Positions 50,216-63,714 of a DNA stretch of 64,000 nucleotides are shown here, piece by piece. The DNA comes from Cyanophora paradoxa CCMP329 (taxonomy: Eukaryota > Plantae > Glaucophyta): assembly GCA_004431415.1 (NCBI GenBank), contig QPMI01000408.1:930001-994000 (forward strand). The letters are read 5' to 3'. Position numbers and translations under genes: made by a program. The notes under the pieces were generated by a model that made no database searches, was not told where the DNA came from, and saw only the letters and a program-made list of their open reading frames with translations. How positions within the stretch are numbered: the stretch's first letter is position 1; each line of letters starts with the position of its first letter.

Positions 50216-52056
50216 TTTCGAAGCCTGTCTTCCGATCGCAAGTCGGCCGTGGCGTTCTCCCAGTCGTATCAACGCGCGCGTCGCATTTTCCTGTCTTCCT
50301 CAGACTCAGTCCCTGTGTACGGGGACCGTGGTGTTGTGTTCGACCTGGACGCTGCACTGCGCGAGCTTGGCTACGTTGATCCGCGCGAGATGGTCGACGA
50401 TTTGCAAATGTCTGATATTAATGATGTCCTTCGCCGCTGGGTGTACCACCTCCTCACCCAGGAGAGCAACTTCTTGCGCATCGTGTCCACCGCATTTGCA
50501 GATCCTGTGTGGCGGCGCCCGTACATCGCTGACTTTCTTCACCGCGTCATCCTCTGGGCTTTCATGCCAGAACCTTCATCATCTCCCATCCCCGATGATC
50601 GGCGTGCTCTTGCATTGTCTACTAGCTCACTCGACGTTGAGCATGCTCGCCCAGTACATGTAGGATGGCTACGTTTGGCAATGACAACCAGTGCCAAGAC
50701 GCTGATTGTGGACGACCTTGCGGCCGAAGATCTCGGCGTAATAGACGCTGCTCACGCGGATATGCCAACAGCGCCAGGCATCTGCATCCCTATCTACCGC
50801 AGCCTCCCGTGCGCAGCCACAGCGCTGCTTCTTTGCTCGGCCAAAGTACTTACCTAATCTCTCGCACTACGCGCAGGCTTGTCAAACCGTCTGCCGGGCC
50901 TTTTCGCATCAATAAACTTGTCATTTCCGGTACTGCCATCGCGTACCACTACGCTACCAACTATAGCCAACTCGTCGACGCCCGGCTTGAAGCCAGGGAG
51001 GTTATCGTTCGCGGATCCCACAACACCTTACAGGACTTGCCGCCGCTGGCCCGGCCCCCTGTCATTCTGCGGCTTGAGTGCACTGAACAACCGTACCATG
51101 TGGAACGACTCTTCACATTGCGTGTCCCACACATTCATATCATTCCCTCCGCACGTGTGTCACCTGCATGGGCCTCGCACATGCACATCAACCTCGAGCC
51201 CCGCTGGGTAGGTGACGGCAGCAAGCTCCAAGGCCCGTACCAGACAACGCATCTTGAAATTGAGATCCCAACTTCGCCTGTTGGTTGCATGCGGATGCAG
51301 TCCCTGCCTCGGTCCCTCGTTGTACTACGTTGTCCCGTTTCGGATTGTTGCCTGCAACCTGTAGCCTCTGGTATAGCCTTGCTTCCGCATCTCATATCGC
51401 TCGATCTCTCTGCGGCAGCCCTGTTCGACCATAGATATAGGGCCTCAGACATCGCTCGCTTTGCATCAGCCATCTCTTCTTCTACCCTTCGTCGCATTGT
51501 GATCCCCGTTGTATGCCCCCAGGGGGTCGAGTGCCTTGTTATCGTCAATGCCGTCGCGAATCTTGCGCGCAACTGCCGTGTCCTGGAGTCTCTCGGTCTC
51601 ATCGGCGGCATTCTGACGTTGCCAAGGCAGGTCCCGCGCTATGCGGCCGCTGCGGTGGCCGCAGCGTTTGAGACGTCCACCAGCATTAACGAGGTCTTTC
51701 TCGATGTCCCATCACAAGAGAACACCGTGTCCCGCGAGGTTGCAGCCTTCTTCCGAGCCTACATTACAGCTTTGCACGAACGCAGCACGATCGCCGATCG
51801 GCTACTCAAGGAGAAACGTGATATCGCCGCGGCCGGAGCTCGCGTCTCCAAGGCATGCTCGCAGCCTGGCGAGGATGGCTTTCGTGGTCCGCTCGTTGAG
51901 GCTAAAGCAACCTATGAGGCTGTTCAGGCGGCAGAGACGCGGACCACCTTGCTCAGGCTTCGCGATTCCGAGCTAGCTGATGAGATGGCCCGTATACAGC
52001 AGGCCTTCAGTCCCTTCGAAATCGTCGATAATGATGTGATTGTTATTGATGACTGA
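50180..52056 (+). CDS. F-box-like / leucine-rich-repeat protein, one intron (50809-50876)
   Basis: Starts MDSLPDCVLVEFFRSL (F-box LP..I...IF pattern); LRR-like LPRSLVVLRC, LPHLISLDLS, CRVLESLGL. The 68-nt GT..AG intron joins ORFs 50180 and 50665 in frame. Confidence 0.65.
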
Positions 52057-52967
52057 TATATATATGCTTCCTGCAAATAGGCTATGTAGATGCTGTTCTA
52101 ATTTAGTTTTGGTATTCATGAAGCCGCACTGATCGCACTCCTCCTGCAAATTGGTGCCAGGGTGTCCGACCATCTTGCATTTCAAGCTCGGGCATCTTCT
52201 GCTTCAGTCGCCGCTGTATTTTTTTAGTTGCAGCCAGGAGGCAAAGGACTTCTTCATCCGGCACATGGATTCAATCCATGCACTTGATTAGGCTTCTCGG
52301 GTCTCACGCGCATCGCACTCGGAAGCTGCAGGGCTGTAGTCTAGCCTGTATCTATATAGCTACCTGCACTTCTTGAGCATGTCTCTTTTCGTAATTGTGA
52401 TCAAATGATTTGTAGAGTACACGAACTCGCTGTCTGTAGCACACATGCACACACTCTCATTCTTTTGTAGCTGCAGGCTTAAGGTCCAGATCGGGTACTG
52501 TAGCTACTGTACTTGGGATACTGGAGGCGACGACGTATCTCGTGATGTACTCCGCCATGCCTAGCGGCCGTGGCATACCCTGAAGATCGCTGTTGCCCTT
52601 GGAACTTGCTATTAAGCTCATATTATACACGGTACTGTAGGCCTGCTGCAGCGCCGCAGCACTACGAGTGAGCGTCATTGTCGTCGTGATTGTGAGTCGT
52701 CAGCGCGTGCACACCTGCTGCACGCCGTCCGAAAGGCCAGGACGGTGCGTGTTGCTGTGTGCAGCTTCGTACCGGTCCTTGTCGTTCGGCGATGGGCTGC
52801 GCATCTCGGCGTCCAAGTGAGCAGCTCTCGTGCGCGCATTTCCTCTTCGCGCGTGATTTGCGCACCGAGACCGCTTCATTGCCGTATGCGGTGCGATATC
52901 AGGCTGGTCACGGCTGGTCACGGCAACCTCCTTTCGAAGAAAGTACCAGTATTAATATTGTCAAAAC

Positions 52968-54830
52968 GATGAGGCGAAGGAGGAAGAGCCTACCCCACAC
53001 GGGCCCCCTAGCCGGCTTCAGGGTTGCAGCTGCCCAACCTACGGGAGTCTTTCCAACGCCAATTGTTTCGAAGTATTCGGACCCTTTTACACTTCGGCAG
53101 ACTACGGCCGAGGTCGACAAGTGGGACTCTGAGTTGCGATCGCGCTACTTTACGTATACTTTGGTGTCAACTTGTCTCATCGACTAACGAATTTCAGCTA
53201 TATTAATGGTTTCATGTTCGCGCGTTTTCGTGCTCTCGTTTATGCAATCTTCAGGCATCAATGTAATACAGTACCCGTTTTGACGGCCGTTCTGGTAATG
53301 CCGTTACCGTTGCGCGACCGGCTATCGGATTCAGTATGAATTACGTGGTCATCAAGTCTTTTGTTTGAAGCACCCCCTGGATGACTGCAGCTGATTGCCT
53401 CCGCACCGGCGTTCTTTAGTTACCGTGCATTGGGACCTGCAGCTGCTGCGACCGGCTACCGGAACGCGGGTCAAGCTCGCACGAGTACTCGGTAGCGGTT
53501 TCTCATCGCTACCGGCGCAAGGTTGTTAGTTTCGCTGATTGATCAGCTTTGGTTTCATCGAACGGCTACTGGTACATCGGTGGACCGCGTACGTAGTGCG
53601 CACTATCGCCTTGGTAGCGGCCGCAAGGGAGGGAGTACGGCTGATCACGTGCGTGCCAGCGTGTTTTCTCGGCACCCGCCAGTTCCCGCTGAAAGCTACT
53701 TTAGGTCGCATGCTAGCTGCCGCCGTCGAGTCCAGATTCCAACTACTTTCGCGAGCAAGTCATGTGCGTATTGGCGTTGGCATATGTTGAACATCGCGTC
53801 TTCTACCTTACTCTGCTTTAATCGGGCGCATGCGCGTAGAATCTTACGACCTGGTTCTGTCGAGAGTCGTCGCTGTACCTACACTCTGTTTTTGTCAAGT
53901 GTCGTCGCTGTATATCTTGTCACCTGGTTGTTAATTCAAGGATCACTACCACTGGCAAGACACTGTATCGCGCCAGGTAATCCGTGATGCTGACGCTTTG
54001 TTAACTTGACTTATGAGAGCAGTAACAGCTTTTCAAATGGCAACTCTTGTTGGACTTCCTAGGCAATTTATGTATGAATTCCCCTCTTCTCACTCGCACT
54101 TCATGTCATTACCTGCTCCATCGTTTGTGCGCATCTAATGTTCTTGCCTTGGGTGCTGTGCACTGGATGCTGATGTCCTTGTTACCAGGCACCTTGCAAT
54201 CCGCCGATTCAGTACATCGCAAGTAATATATCCCGACCTGCTCATCGCCTAACTGGGACTAGCGCAAGTTTATCCGCGGAGGTGACGTTGCGATGTGCTG
54301 TGCACATCTTTTGCTCGTTCTTGAATTCAGTTTTTGTCGCAGTTCTCCTATAGATGTACCGTCCTTGCGTCATGCACAGCAGCATTCCGTACCGAGCATG
54401 ATTTGCGGTACCATATGGCAGGGGCACATGACACTACACGTGATGGCATTTTCCCATGCGGATATTGTGCCATGGTCCTCGCCGACCGTCCAGCTTGGGA
54501 TGCACACCGTGTGTCCGTGCATCATGTAGGCCGGCTACGTACGTATGGGTCTCAATGCGATTGTTCTCCGGGTCTCTTACCTGAACTGTACGGGTGTAGG
54601 GCAAAATCGTGCGTCTGTCCGTCGGAGCGAATATTCGAATGCGGATAGACAGATATTGCGGACTGCCGATTCCGGTGAGTTTCTTTATTTTGCATTTCGT
54701 GCCTTCTCTCATTCTTAACATATCCGTGCTGCAGTTCGTCATGCATCTAACTCTCGTCGGACCGCGGAACATGCTAGGAGTGCACTTCGAAGTTTTCACA
54801 CCCAGCGTAATCGGTCGCTGGTAGTTGACA
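52968..54830 (+). CDS. Multi-exon C2H2 zinc-finger protein (exon structure uncertain)
   Basis: CTVLASCTAAFRTEHDLRYHMAGAH and FPCGYCAMVLADRPAWDAHRVSVH at ~54355-54525. Confidence 0.55.
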
Positions 54831-55468
54831 CGAGCGGGATGTTAGGGGACGGCGGGGGTATGGGAGGGGAAGGGGGGGGGGGGGGGGGGGCGACGAGGAG
54901 AGGTTAGGAGAGAACATAAATGAACAAGGGCTGCAGGTTGCTCAGATTAGTGACAGTGGCGAGGCAATAGGGGCCGGAGGAGGCGCCCCTCTCTCCCACT
55001 GGAGAGGGGCCGGAGGGTGCGATAGGGACAAAAAGGGGCACGCCAGCGGCCCGCCCCCGGCGACACGACAGCGCACCGCCCCCGCCGATATCCCCAGTTA
55101 CAGACCTGACCGCAACAGCCCATCGCCCTCCACACCGCACGCTCCGCCCCCATGCACCAGCCCGCCGCAGTGCATCGTCCTTGCCGCCCCATAGAGCCCC
55201 ACCCGCCGTCGCTCCCGGTCAAGCCCCCCCCGCAAGCAACGCGGCACTGGCCCGGCCATCCTCCGGGGATCCTGCCCCATCAGCCAGTCAGCGACCCACC
55301 ACCACCGGCATACAGAGCCGGCCCCGCCACGTCTACCCTCCCGTTCAGGAGCACCCGTCGCCCTCCAGCTCCCATCACGGCACCCTAACATGTCGGCAGG
55401 GCATCAAAGAAGACGGAAGGAAAGAGTGCATTGTACAAAGACCCAGAAACATATACACACTGTCGCGA

Positions 55469-58400
55469 CTAAAACCATGCAGGCCATCTGGCCCCGTCTG
55501 ATAACAAGCCTTTCAGTTCTTCGGGAGGGCGAAACGCAAATGCTGCGCTGACGGCAGGAGCACAAGTTGGAGATGCCGCCGCAACAATCGTGTCCCGAAC
55601 ATGATCGAGGAGGCCGCCGTTTTTATGCTGGACTACATGCCTGAGATACGAGTACACCTCGTAGGCATTAACTCCCGCAACCCGGGGAGCAGCCAGCAAG
55701 TACTTCAATAAATTGGGGTGTAGTGCAAGGAGACACCCAATCTGGAGTCAAACAGCGTTAAGAAGAACACGTGGAACAAAAAATTAAATCGCCCGAAACG
55801 TACCCGGTACAACACCAAAACACAATCACTCTTCGTGAGGTCGAATGGAAGTTTCTGATCCGGAGGGCAGATTCTTCTTCACAAGCCGGGTACAGGCACG
55901 CCAAGGCGGCCTTCACTTCCGGCCAGAAGCGAATGCTGATCTGCTTCTTGCGAAACGTCCCCCAAAGACTGTCGATCTGAGAGTCAGTCATCTGCATCAT
56001 CTGACGTGCGCCTGCGATCGACATAGACCGTATGAGCATGAGCAGTACTAGGGATTACACAGCGTCAGGTGTACCTTCCTTCTGGATAATCCACAAAAGG
56101 AATTGGACTCGCTTGAAATAGAGTGCACTACTCGAGCAAAAGAGCAGACACAATCTTCCCTGCTCAATTCTGGCTATAGATTCCGAAAGCGACAAGCCAT
56201 TGCATGCGATGGCCGTATACAGTCTCTCGCCGAAGTCGAACATCTTCGAGTTTCGGGAGGCGACAGGTCCGATTCCGGGAGTGGATGCTGCAACAAATTG
56301 CGGAACTGCTGAGCAGTCATCGGAGACCAAACACGTGAAAATGTCATCGATTGATAGCGGAAGCTGCGGAGTGCTGAAATTGGAGCCACTAGCACAAGGC
56401 ACAACTGGTCCAGATGAACTGCCCGTTGATGTAATCATCGGCCCAACTGAACTCTGTAGGGTATCCGCAGATGCAGATAAAGATTTGACCATCCACGCCA
56501 CCCGAGCCTTACGCGACAGAAATTTCAAGGACTTCCGCTCATTTTCCACTATGGTCGACGTCGCTGGTATAAGCTGAACAGGGATCAGAAAATACAAATG
56601 TCGAGCTGGATATCGGGAGACCACTCACCGATAGTGCCTCACCCACGTTTCCGCTTCTGCCACCGGAATGGCCAGGAGGTGTATCCGACTGGGATCCAAC
56701 GAAGGTCATCAAAAAAAACCAAGTAAGAGAATCGCACAGATATGCATTCACCGACAAAGAAACACTGTCAATGTCGCTAGCATCAGCATCCTTCGATACA
56801 ACACAAAGAATCAAACGGGAATCATCGACACATATATATAGAGTAAACTACTCACACGATCAGCACCGTTGTCGTCATCATCGGAATCACCCGTTCTCGC
56901 CCTTTTCCCAGCCTAATATACAAAACACCGCATATTCAAAGGGGAATCATAAATAGTGCGATTGAGTACAACTATTAATCACTCACGCCGCTGGCATCGC
57001 GCCGGGGAACAGTTACTTTGCTTGCTTTCCGCTTTTTGGACGCAGAACGGCCTTGGAGTGCAACCATTCCTTGTGTCGAACCCGGAGACTTTTTGCTACT
57101 TGCACCAGTCGATACACGCGTGCGCCGTCTGTCAGCAGCATCTTCCTTGGACTGATCCTGGTAGGATCGTAGTGAATAATTGAGGATGTTCAAATGGTGT
57201 GATAAATATTAATTGAACCCGCACCGGTGCATCAGAAGATGAACTACAGATTTTATACTTTTTTCCGTCGACTTGAAACTGGACAACTGCAGGATTCGAT
57301 CGTTGGCGGTCACCTGCTCATGTTAAATAAGCAGACACTCGAACAGATTTAATTAAGGATTCCATCAGGATAGGCCCAAAAATCAACCTCACCATCTGGC
57401 TCTTCTCGTATCTTACCACTGCGACGTGAACCAGGTACACTCGCTCCTGCGACACCTTGTTGAATAGCAGCTGCAAATAGGCCAGCAACGATCAACGACA
57501 GATAATTATCGCGTGTTTTTCTACCAAACCTTGGTCGGGGACCCGCACAATGGTCCGCACAATGGGACATGCGAGCACTCCGCGCAGAGAGACGGGCCTC
57601 CAAAAGTTTACTGCCAAGCTTGGGTGACCCGTCGCGGGCTGCAACGCGGCTCAGAACCTGCGAACTTGTCATTGGAATTAATAGACGGGCCAGTTGAAAG
57701 AGCGCACGACATACCGATTTAATGGCATCGGATTGTTGAAGCCCACGCTGACCGGATGAATCATGTAGGCCAACACGAGGCTCGTCGGCAGGAGGTTCCG
57801 AGGATTGCTAGGTAACAGTTGGTGAGAAAATAAAATAAATAACAATAAGCCAAGCAAAACGCATGCAGTCACCAACGATAACAGCATGTCCGAGTACCTC
57901 TGAATCGCGTCCTCATTGCGTGCAATCTGATGTAGATCTGAAATCTGAGAAGTCCATAAACGCGCAAAATATATTAATCATACATTTCAAATGATGCAGG
58001 TCAAAAAACATGAGAACCCACCTTCTCACAAGCCAGGGAATATATGAGCGTCCTCATATTCACGATGTCGTCAGGGTGCAAATGAACTATTAGCAAAATC
58101 AGGAGATATGGAGTGAGACGACACACAACAGTAACCTGTGGAGTAGATACGCTACCACCCTCAGTTTGCATAAATTCGGTTAGGCAACCTGTAACGAGTA
58201 GCTCTGAGTTCACACAAACATGAACACCGCAATCAACGCCTCCTTGACGCGTTGCCTGCAAACAGCCCCCATCAATCGAATGCCTTAAATATTATAATCC
58301 AGCCAGAATGTACGTACTTCGGCTACAACATAGTTGAAAACAAGGTCACCGGATAATATATCGCGAGGTGACCCGGGAAACAGAGCCTTGTCCCGGTACG

Positions 58401-61400
58401 CCGATTGGAAGAACCTGAATCGGATTCACGTTACAGAGCCCCCGTAGTCATATACACAAAGCCGACCTTATAAGCGAGCCCTTAAGGAGACGTGTACATT
58501 TCCGGTCCAAGAATGCGTTCTCGTCCGTACCCATTGAACACACTTGCACAATAGCCGGTCGCAGTCGAGGGTCCGATATTCGTTGGCCGAGGCTACCCAA
58601 ATTGCAGACAATTACGAGAATCCAATGACTGCACATTGATCAGTATGCATGCCGCTGCACTAAAAGAAGGCGAGACGCTTACTTGGGCAGGTGCACAGGA
58701 AACCCAAGAAACTGGGTTTTGAAAATATTCACGCCAGCCTTAACGAACCATTTCCTAGCCCGATCCGATTCCCCGTACCCCGCCTGTGCATAGTCAATAT
58801 CGGCAAGACGGAATAAGGCGATACATGATACACACCTTCAGAAGCACGGTAAAATACGTGTTGAAAAAACAGACACTCGTCGCAGGTACAGAAGCCCTGA
58901 ACGTCGGATCACGCAACTTTTCCATCAAGCAACTATACCGTTCGTGGTCACGGCAACAATCAAAAGCGCATGACGCTGCAAGAAACTGCGTTAACTCACT
59001 GGTGGAAAAAATTCACGACCTCATCAGTAAATTCTTCGTTCGGTCTCAGGGTAGCAATGTCCCGACGTTTGAGAGATCCACTAAGAACCCCATCATCGAA
59101 ACTATAAAGTACTGTGTCTCCGTCCTTCGCGTTCCAATCTGCGCATTCCAGTATTAACTCAGGCGATACAGAACAGTGGCATCACCAAATTCGAGGCACC
59201 CGCAACTGACGTGCCCAATCGCGTGATTGTAGATTTAACAATTCGGATGAATGCATCTTTGGCGACGCGCGACATTTTGCCATCACTACCGTTTGAATCA
59301 TACGTTATCACAGAGTCCCTCCAAGACAAGACGATTCGGTTTCTCTCGGTTAGAATTCCGGATATCACTGGACATTGCAAAGAAAGTAGCTCGGCTTCAT
59401 CTGCGCACGGGTGCGACGACGACAACTTTCGCTCGAATTCAAGACGCAAATTCTTCAATTCGCTGATGCAGTCCAGAAGATGGGTCAGATGCTTGAACCC
59501 AGAACCGATATCTGGATTCGGCGACGACAATAAATGCTGTAGACGACAGTAATCATCCCACATCGATCCGTAAGTAGCCTTCGAGACCTCTTCGATCCGC
59601 GATAATTCAATGAAATTGATGAACGACGCAGCCATCATCTCGACGTGCAGATAGTGTTTCACTCCGTCATCGCGCATCTTCGCTAGTTCCACCACAATTT
59701 CACGGGGCGTCAGTCCCTGTGCAACCCACGACTTGAAGGTCGTCTCTGTCATCTGGCGCATGTTCGACGTGGCCTCGTCATCCAGGAATGACGTGTCGAA
59801 GGCATTAGATGACCCGTACGCAGATATTTCAGCCGCGTCCTCCAAAGTGACTGATTTAGAGTTAAGCAGCCAGTTGAAGGCACGCTCCATGGTACTGTGT
59901 AGATGAATGCTGTACGAACGCCGTTGGGTTAGGACGACAAACTTGTTGAAGGCCTCCGCTGCTTCCCGCAAGTTGTACTTCAATTTGAAGACTGCCGTCA
60001 TAATATTGTTCAGCAACAAGTAAAGACCACAATGCCCTCGGATATTCCAGGGACGTTCCAGAAGATCTCAGGCGGAAACACCGGTTTGGCTGGAAGGAAA
60101 GACACATTCAAAAATAGATGAGAGTACAAAAAATCAAGATACAAGAACATACTGAGGGGTAGCCAATCGTCGCCTTCCCACGGCAACAGATTCGTCGCAT
60201 TCACAACCGCATCGAACGCCCTCTTAAGATCTTTCGCAGCACCCACCGCGCGTTCCATGACGAGTGACGGCAGCTCGAAATCTCCCGCAGGCAAGGACCC
60301 TGCTGAAAAAAGCCAGAGAATTAGAAGGAGTTTGAGCGAAGTGAATCATGCACACCCCCTCCTGTAGTGGGAGCGTCCCTCTCTCCCGCTGGAGCCGCAT
60401 CCGGAGCCAGCTGTAGGACGAATGGATCGGTCTGCAAACCGGCATGCGGAGGGCGCAATCCCAGAGACCCGGTCTCGACGCCCGCGGCCCCCTGCACCAG
60501 GGCGTCGCCCTCAAGACCGCCAGGCAGACGAGAAGGCGCAGACGCCGACGCGGCAACCTGCGCCGTGATCGGCGTAAGGGCAGGCGCCGCAGGACAGCGC
60601 GGCGCCTGCTGCAACATCGAGCACCAGACTCACCGGGTCGGACCCACTCTCGACGCCCACGGCCGCCTGCCCCACGGCGTCGCCCTCAAAACCGCCAGGC
60701 AGCCGAGAAGGCGCAGACGCCGACGCGGCAACCTGCGCCGTGATCGGCGTAAGGGCAGGCGCCGCGGGACAGCGCGGCGCCTGCTACAACATCGAGCAAC
60801 AGACTCACCGGGTCGGTGGCGCTGCCGAGTGTTGGCAGATTTGCCGCAGCAGCGGCACGGTCGTCTGCCGCATCGGGAGCCAGCTGTAGGACGAATGGAT
60901 CGGTCTGCAAACCGACATGCGGAGGGCGCGATCCCAGAGACCCAGTCTCGACGCCCGCGGCCCCCTGCACCAGGGCGTCGCCCTCAAGACCGCCAGGCAG
61001 ACGAGAAGGCGCAGACGCCGACGCGGCAACCTGCGCCGTGATCGGCGTAAGGGCAGGCGCCGCAGCACAGCGCGGCGCCTGCTGCAACATCGAGCACCAG
61101 ACTCACCGGGTCGGACCCACTCTCGACGCCCACGGCCGCCTGCCCCACGGCGTCGCCCTCAAAACCGCCAGGCAGCCGAGAAGGCGCAGACGCCGACGCG
61201 GCAACCTGCGCCGTGATCGGCGTAAGGGCAGGCGCCGCGGGACAGCGCGGCGCCTGCTGCAACATCGAGCACCAGACTCACCGGGTCGGTGGCGCTGCCG
61301 AGTGTTGGCAGATTCGCTGCAGCAGCGGCACGGTCGCCTGCCGCATCGGGAACCAGCTGTAGGACAAATGGATCGGTCTGCAAACCGGCATGCGGAGGGC

Positions 61401-62900
61401 GCGATCCCAGAGACCCAGTCTCGACGCCCGCGGCCCCCTGCACCAGGGCGTCGCCCTCAAGACCGCCAGGCAGACGAGAAGGCGCAGACGCCGACGCGGC
61501 AACCTGCGCCGTGATCGGCGTAAGGGCAGGCGCCGCAGGACAGCGCGGCGCCTGCTGCAACATCGAGCACCAGACTCACCGGGTCGGACCCACTCTCGAC
61601 GCCCGCGGCCCCCTGCACCAGGGCGTCGCCCTCAAGACCGCCAGGCAGACGAGAAGGCGCAGACGCCGACGCGGCAACCTGCGCCGTGATCGGCGTAAGG
61701 GCAGGCGCCGCAGGACAGCGCGGCGCCTGCTGCAACATCGAGCACCAGACTCACCGGGTCGGACCCACTCTCGACGCCCGCGGCCCCCTGCACCAGGGCG
61801 TCGCCCTCAAGACCGCCAGGCAGACGAGAAGGCGCAGACGCCGACGCGGCAACCTGCGCCGTGATCGGCGTAAGGGCAGGCGCCACAGTACAGCGCGGCG
61901 CCTGCTGCAACATCGAGCACCAGACTCACCGGGTCGGTGGCGCTGCCGAGTGTTGTCAGATTTGCCGCATCAGTAGCACGGTCGTCTGCCGCATCGGGAG
62001 CCTCAACAGATGGATCAGGCTCCGAAACAGCACGAGGAGAACGCGCTCTCGGAGACCCCTCCTCGTCGCCCGCCTGCCCCAAGGCATCGCTCTCATCAAC
62101 GATGATGATAATCGGGTCGCTGTCTCCCGGGAAAGGAGACACACGACGCTCGCCGGCCGGTCGCCCGGCAGGCACAGAGGCCGGAGAGCTGGAAGGAGAG
62201 GCGTAGGACCCGGGGGTGGGCACGAGGGGGCGCGGAAGTTCAGCCGACCCATGATCCTCGCCTCCCTCGTTGACAGGCAGATCCTCGGCCCCCTGGCCGT
62301 GCGGGTCTACAGCCGTCGCAGTCGAAGCATTCCCTCCAGACCCAGTAACTCTCGGTAAAAAAGAGCCTGCATCTGATATAATTGCTGTCAATCGCAATTG
62401 CGAAATAAAACGTCAGAAGAGCAATCACAGTAATCAGACAAGTCACCATCGAAAACATGATCATCACCATCAGTTGGTTCCAAAGTAAGGCCACCTTCAA
62501 CAACAAGCTCATCATCATCGAAATCAGCTGGTTTCAAAGGGCGGTTCCAACATGCCAGATTTCGCCGGAACCGCTCCTTATGAAACGCTGCCGCAGGCCG
62601 ATAAAACGTTCAGATATATCAGAATATGCGCTAAGAGAATAAGAAAGAAAAACGACAACTTATTAAATAAATGACGCACCATCAGCGACAGGAGTAAAGT
62701 CCGCAGCGGTTGCTGGAAGATCCTTAGAACTGTCTTCCGCGGCGGCAGCGCTCTCATCGGTAGAAGACGAGCTAAGCGACGGAAAGCACTCGTTTGACGA
62801 AGGAGCAGTGCCTGCAGCGATGATGCTCAAGTCAGTTGCAGAAGGCAGGTCGCGCCGAACACGCTAACAATGTAGAGATTCGCGACCACCTTCGCTAGCG
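55469..62900 (-). CDS. Large multi-exon gene with a SENP6/7 (Ulp2)-like C48 protease domain and acidic N-terminus (boundaries approximate; may be two genes)
   Basis: DIATLRPNEEFTDEVVNF (~59060-59005), ARKWFVKAGVNIFKTQFLGFPV (~58760-58695), SHWILVIVCNLG..PAIVQVCSMG (58630-58530), RQGGVDCGVHVC (~58250-58215). Confidence 0.7.
60368..62010 (-). repeat. Tandem array of exon-intron cassettes (175-bp and 298-bp units, 7 copies)
   Basis: The 175-bp unit is a 99-nt exon (VAASASAPSRLPGGLEGDALVQGAAGVESGSDP) plus a 76-nt GTGAGT..GCGCAG intron. Confidence 0.85.
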
Positions 62901-63714
62901 GAGCTGACCGCAGCCGCACTCATCAGAGTCCAATCCGACAGGCGCCGGCGGTGACTAGTACTAGTACTGCGTCCAGGAATCAGGTCGCGTCCCACGGAGT
63001 AGCCGCACTCCGTGAGATCAAATAGTCACCTTATACGCCTCACCGGGAGCCTACCCAAACTGAGGCTCCCGGAGTCTTTGCGACCGCAAGTAACGGAGCC
63101 CTTGCGACCGCGAGTAAAACGAGCGGCCTGGCTTAGCCAAGCGTGCGGCACAATAGGATGTGCCTGTGTCCAAGCAACTGCGCTCTCCGCGGTGCCCGAA
63201 CGACGATGCTGTGGCCAAGCAACTAAGCAGGCAAGACAAGGGTACAACTATAAGACCGGAGAGCAAACGCTACAGACGGCGGACGGAGGAAAAACCACAG
63301 CTGCCGGACGACGGAGGTGTACACCGTCCACAATACGAGCTCGAGTCGCGTCGTGCTCGACCAAGCGGCGCTCAAAGCAAAGCCGGAAGTGCGCCTCGCA
63401 CCGGAGAGATCCTGAGCACGCGCGCTCAACTGCTCAACAGAAGGAGACCGAGATGCTGGGCCCTCGAACGCAAGGGTGCGGCAGTGCGCTCCACCCGACC
63501 CGTCCCGCAGGTGGCACAGAGAATTCTGTCGCCTTCTCCAGCCCGAGGCCCAGGGAGAATCGCGTACCAGTTTTGCCGCTTCGCGTGTCTCCTCTGACTC
63601 GACGGCAGATATTGATCCCCCGATCTGTGGCTCGGTACTGATCGGCGCGCAATGACGTTTTCTCAGTCATTCAGCACCGGCGAGGTTGCGGGGAGCGTCA
63701 GCGACATCCCTCCA

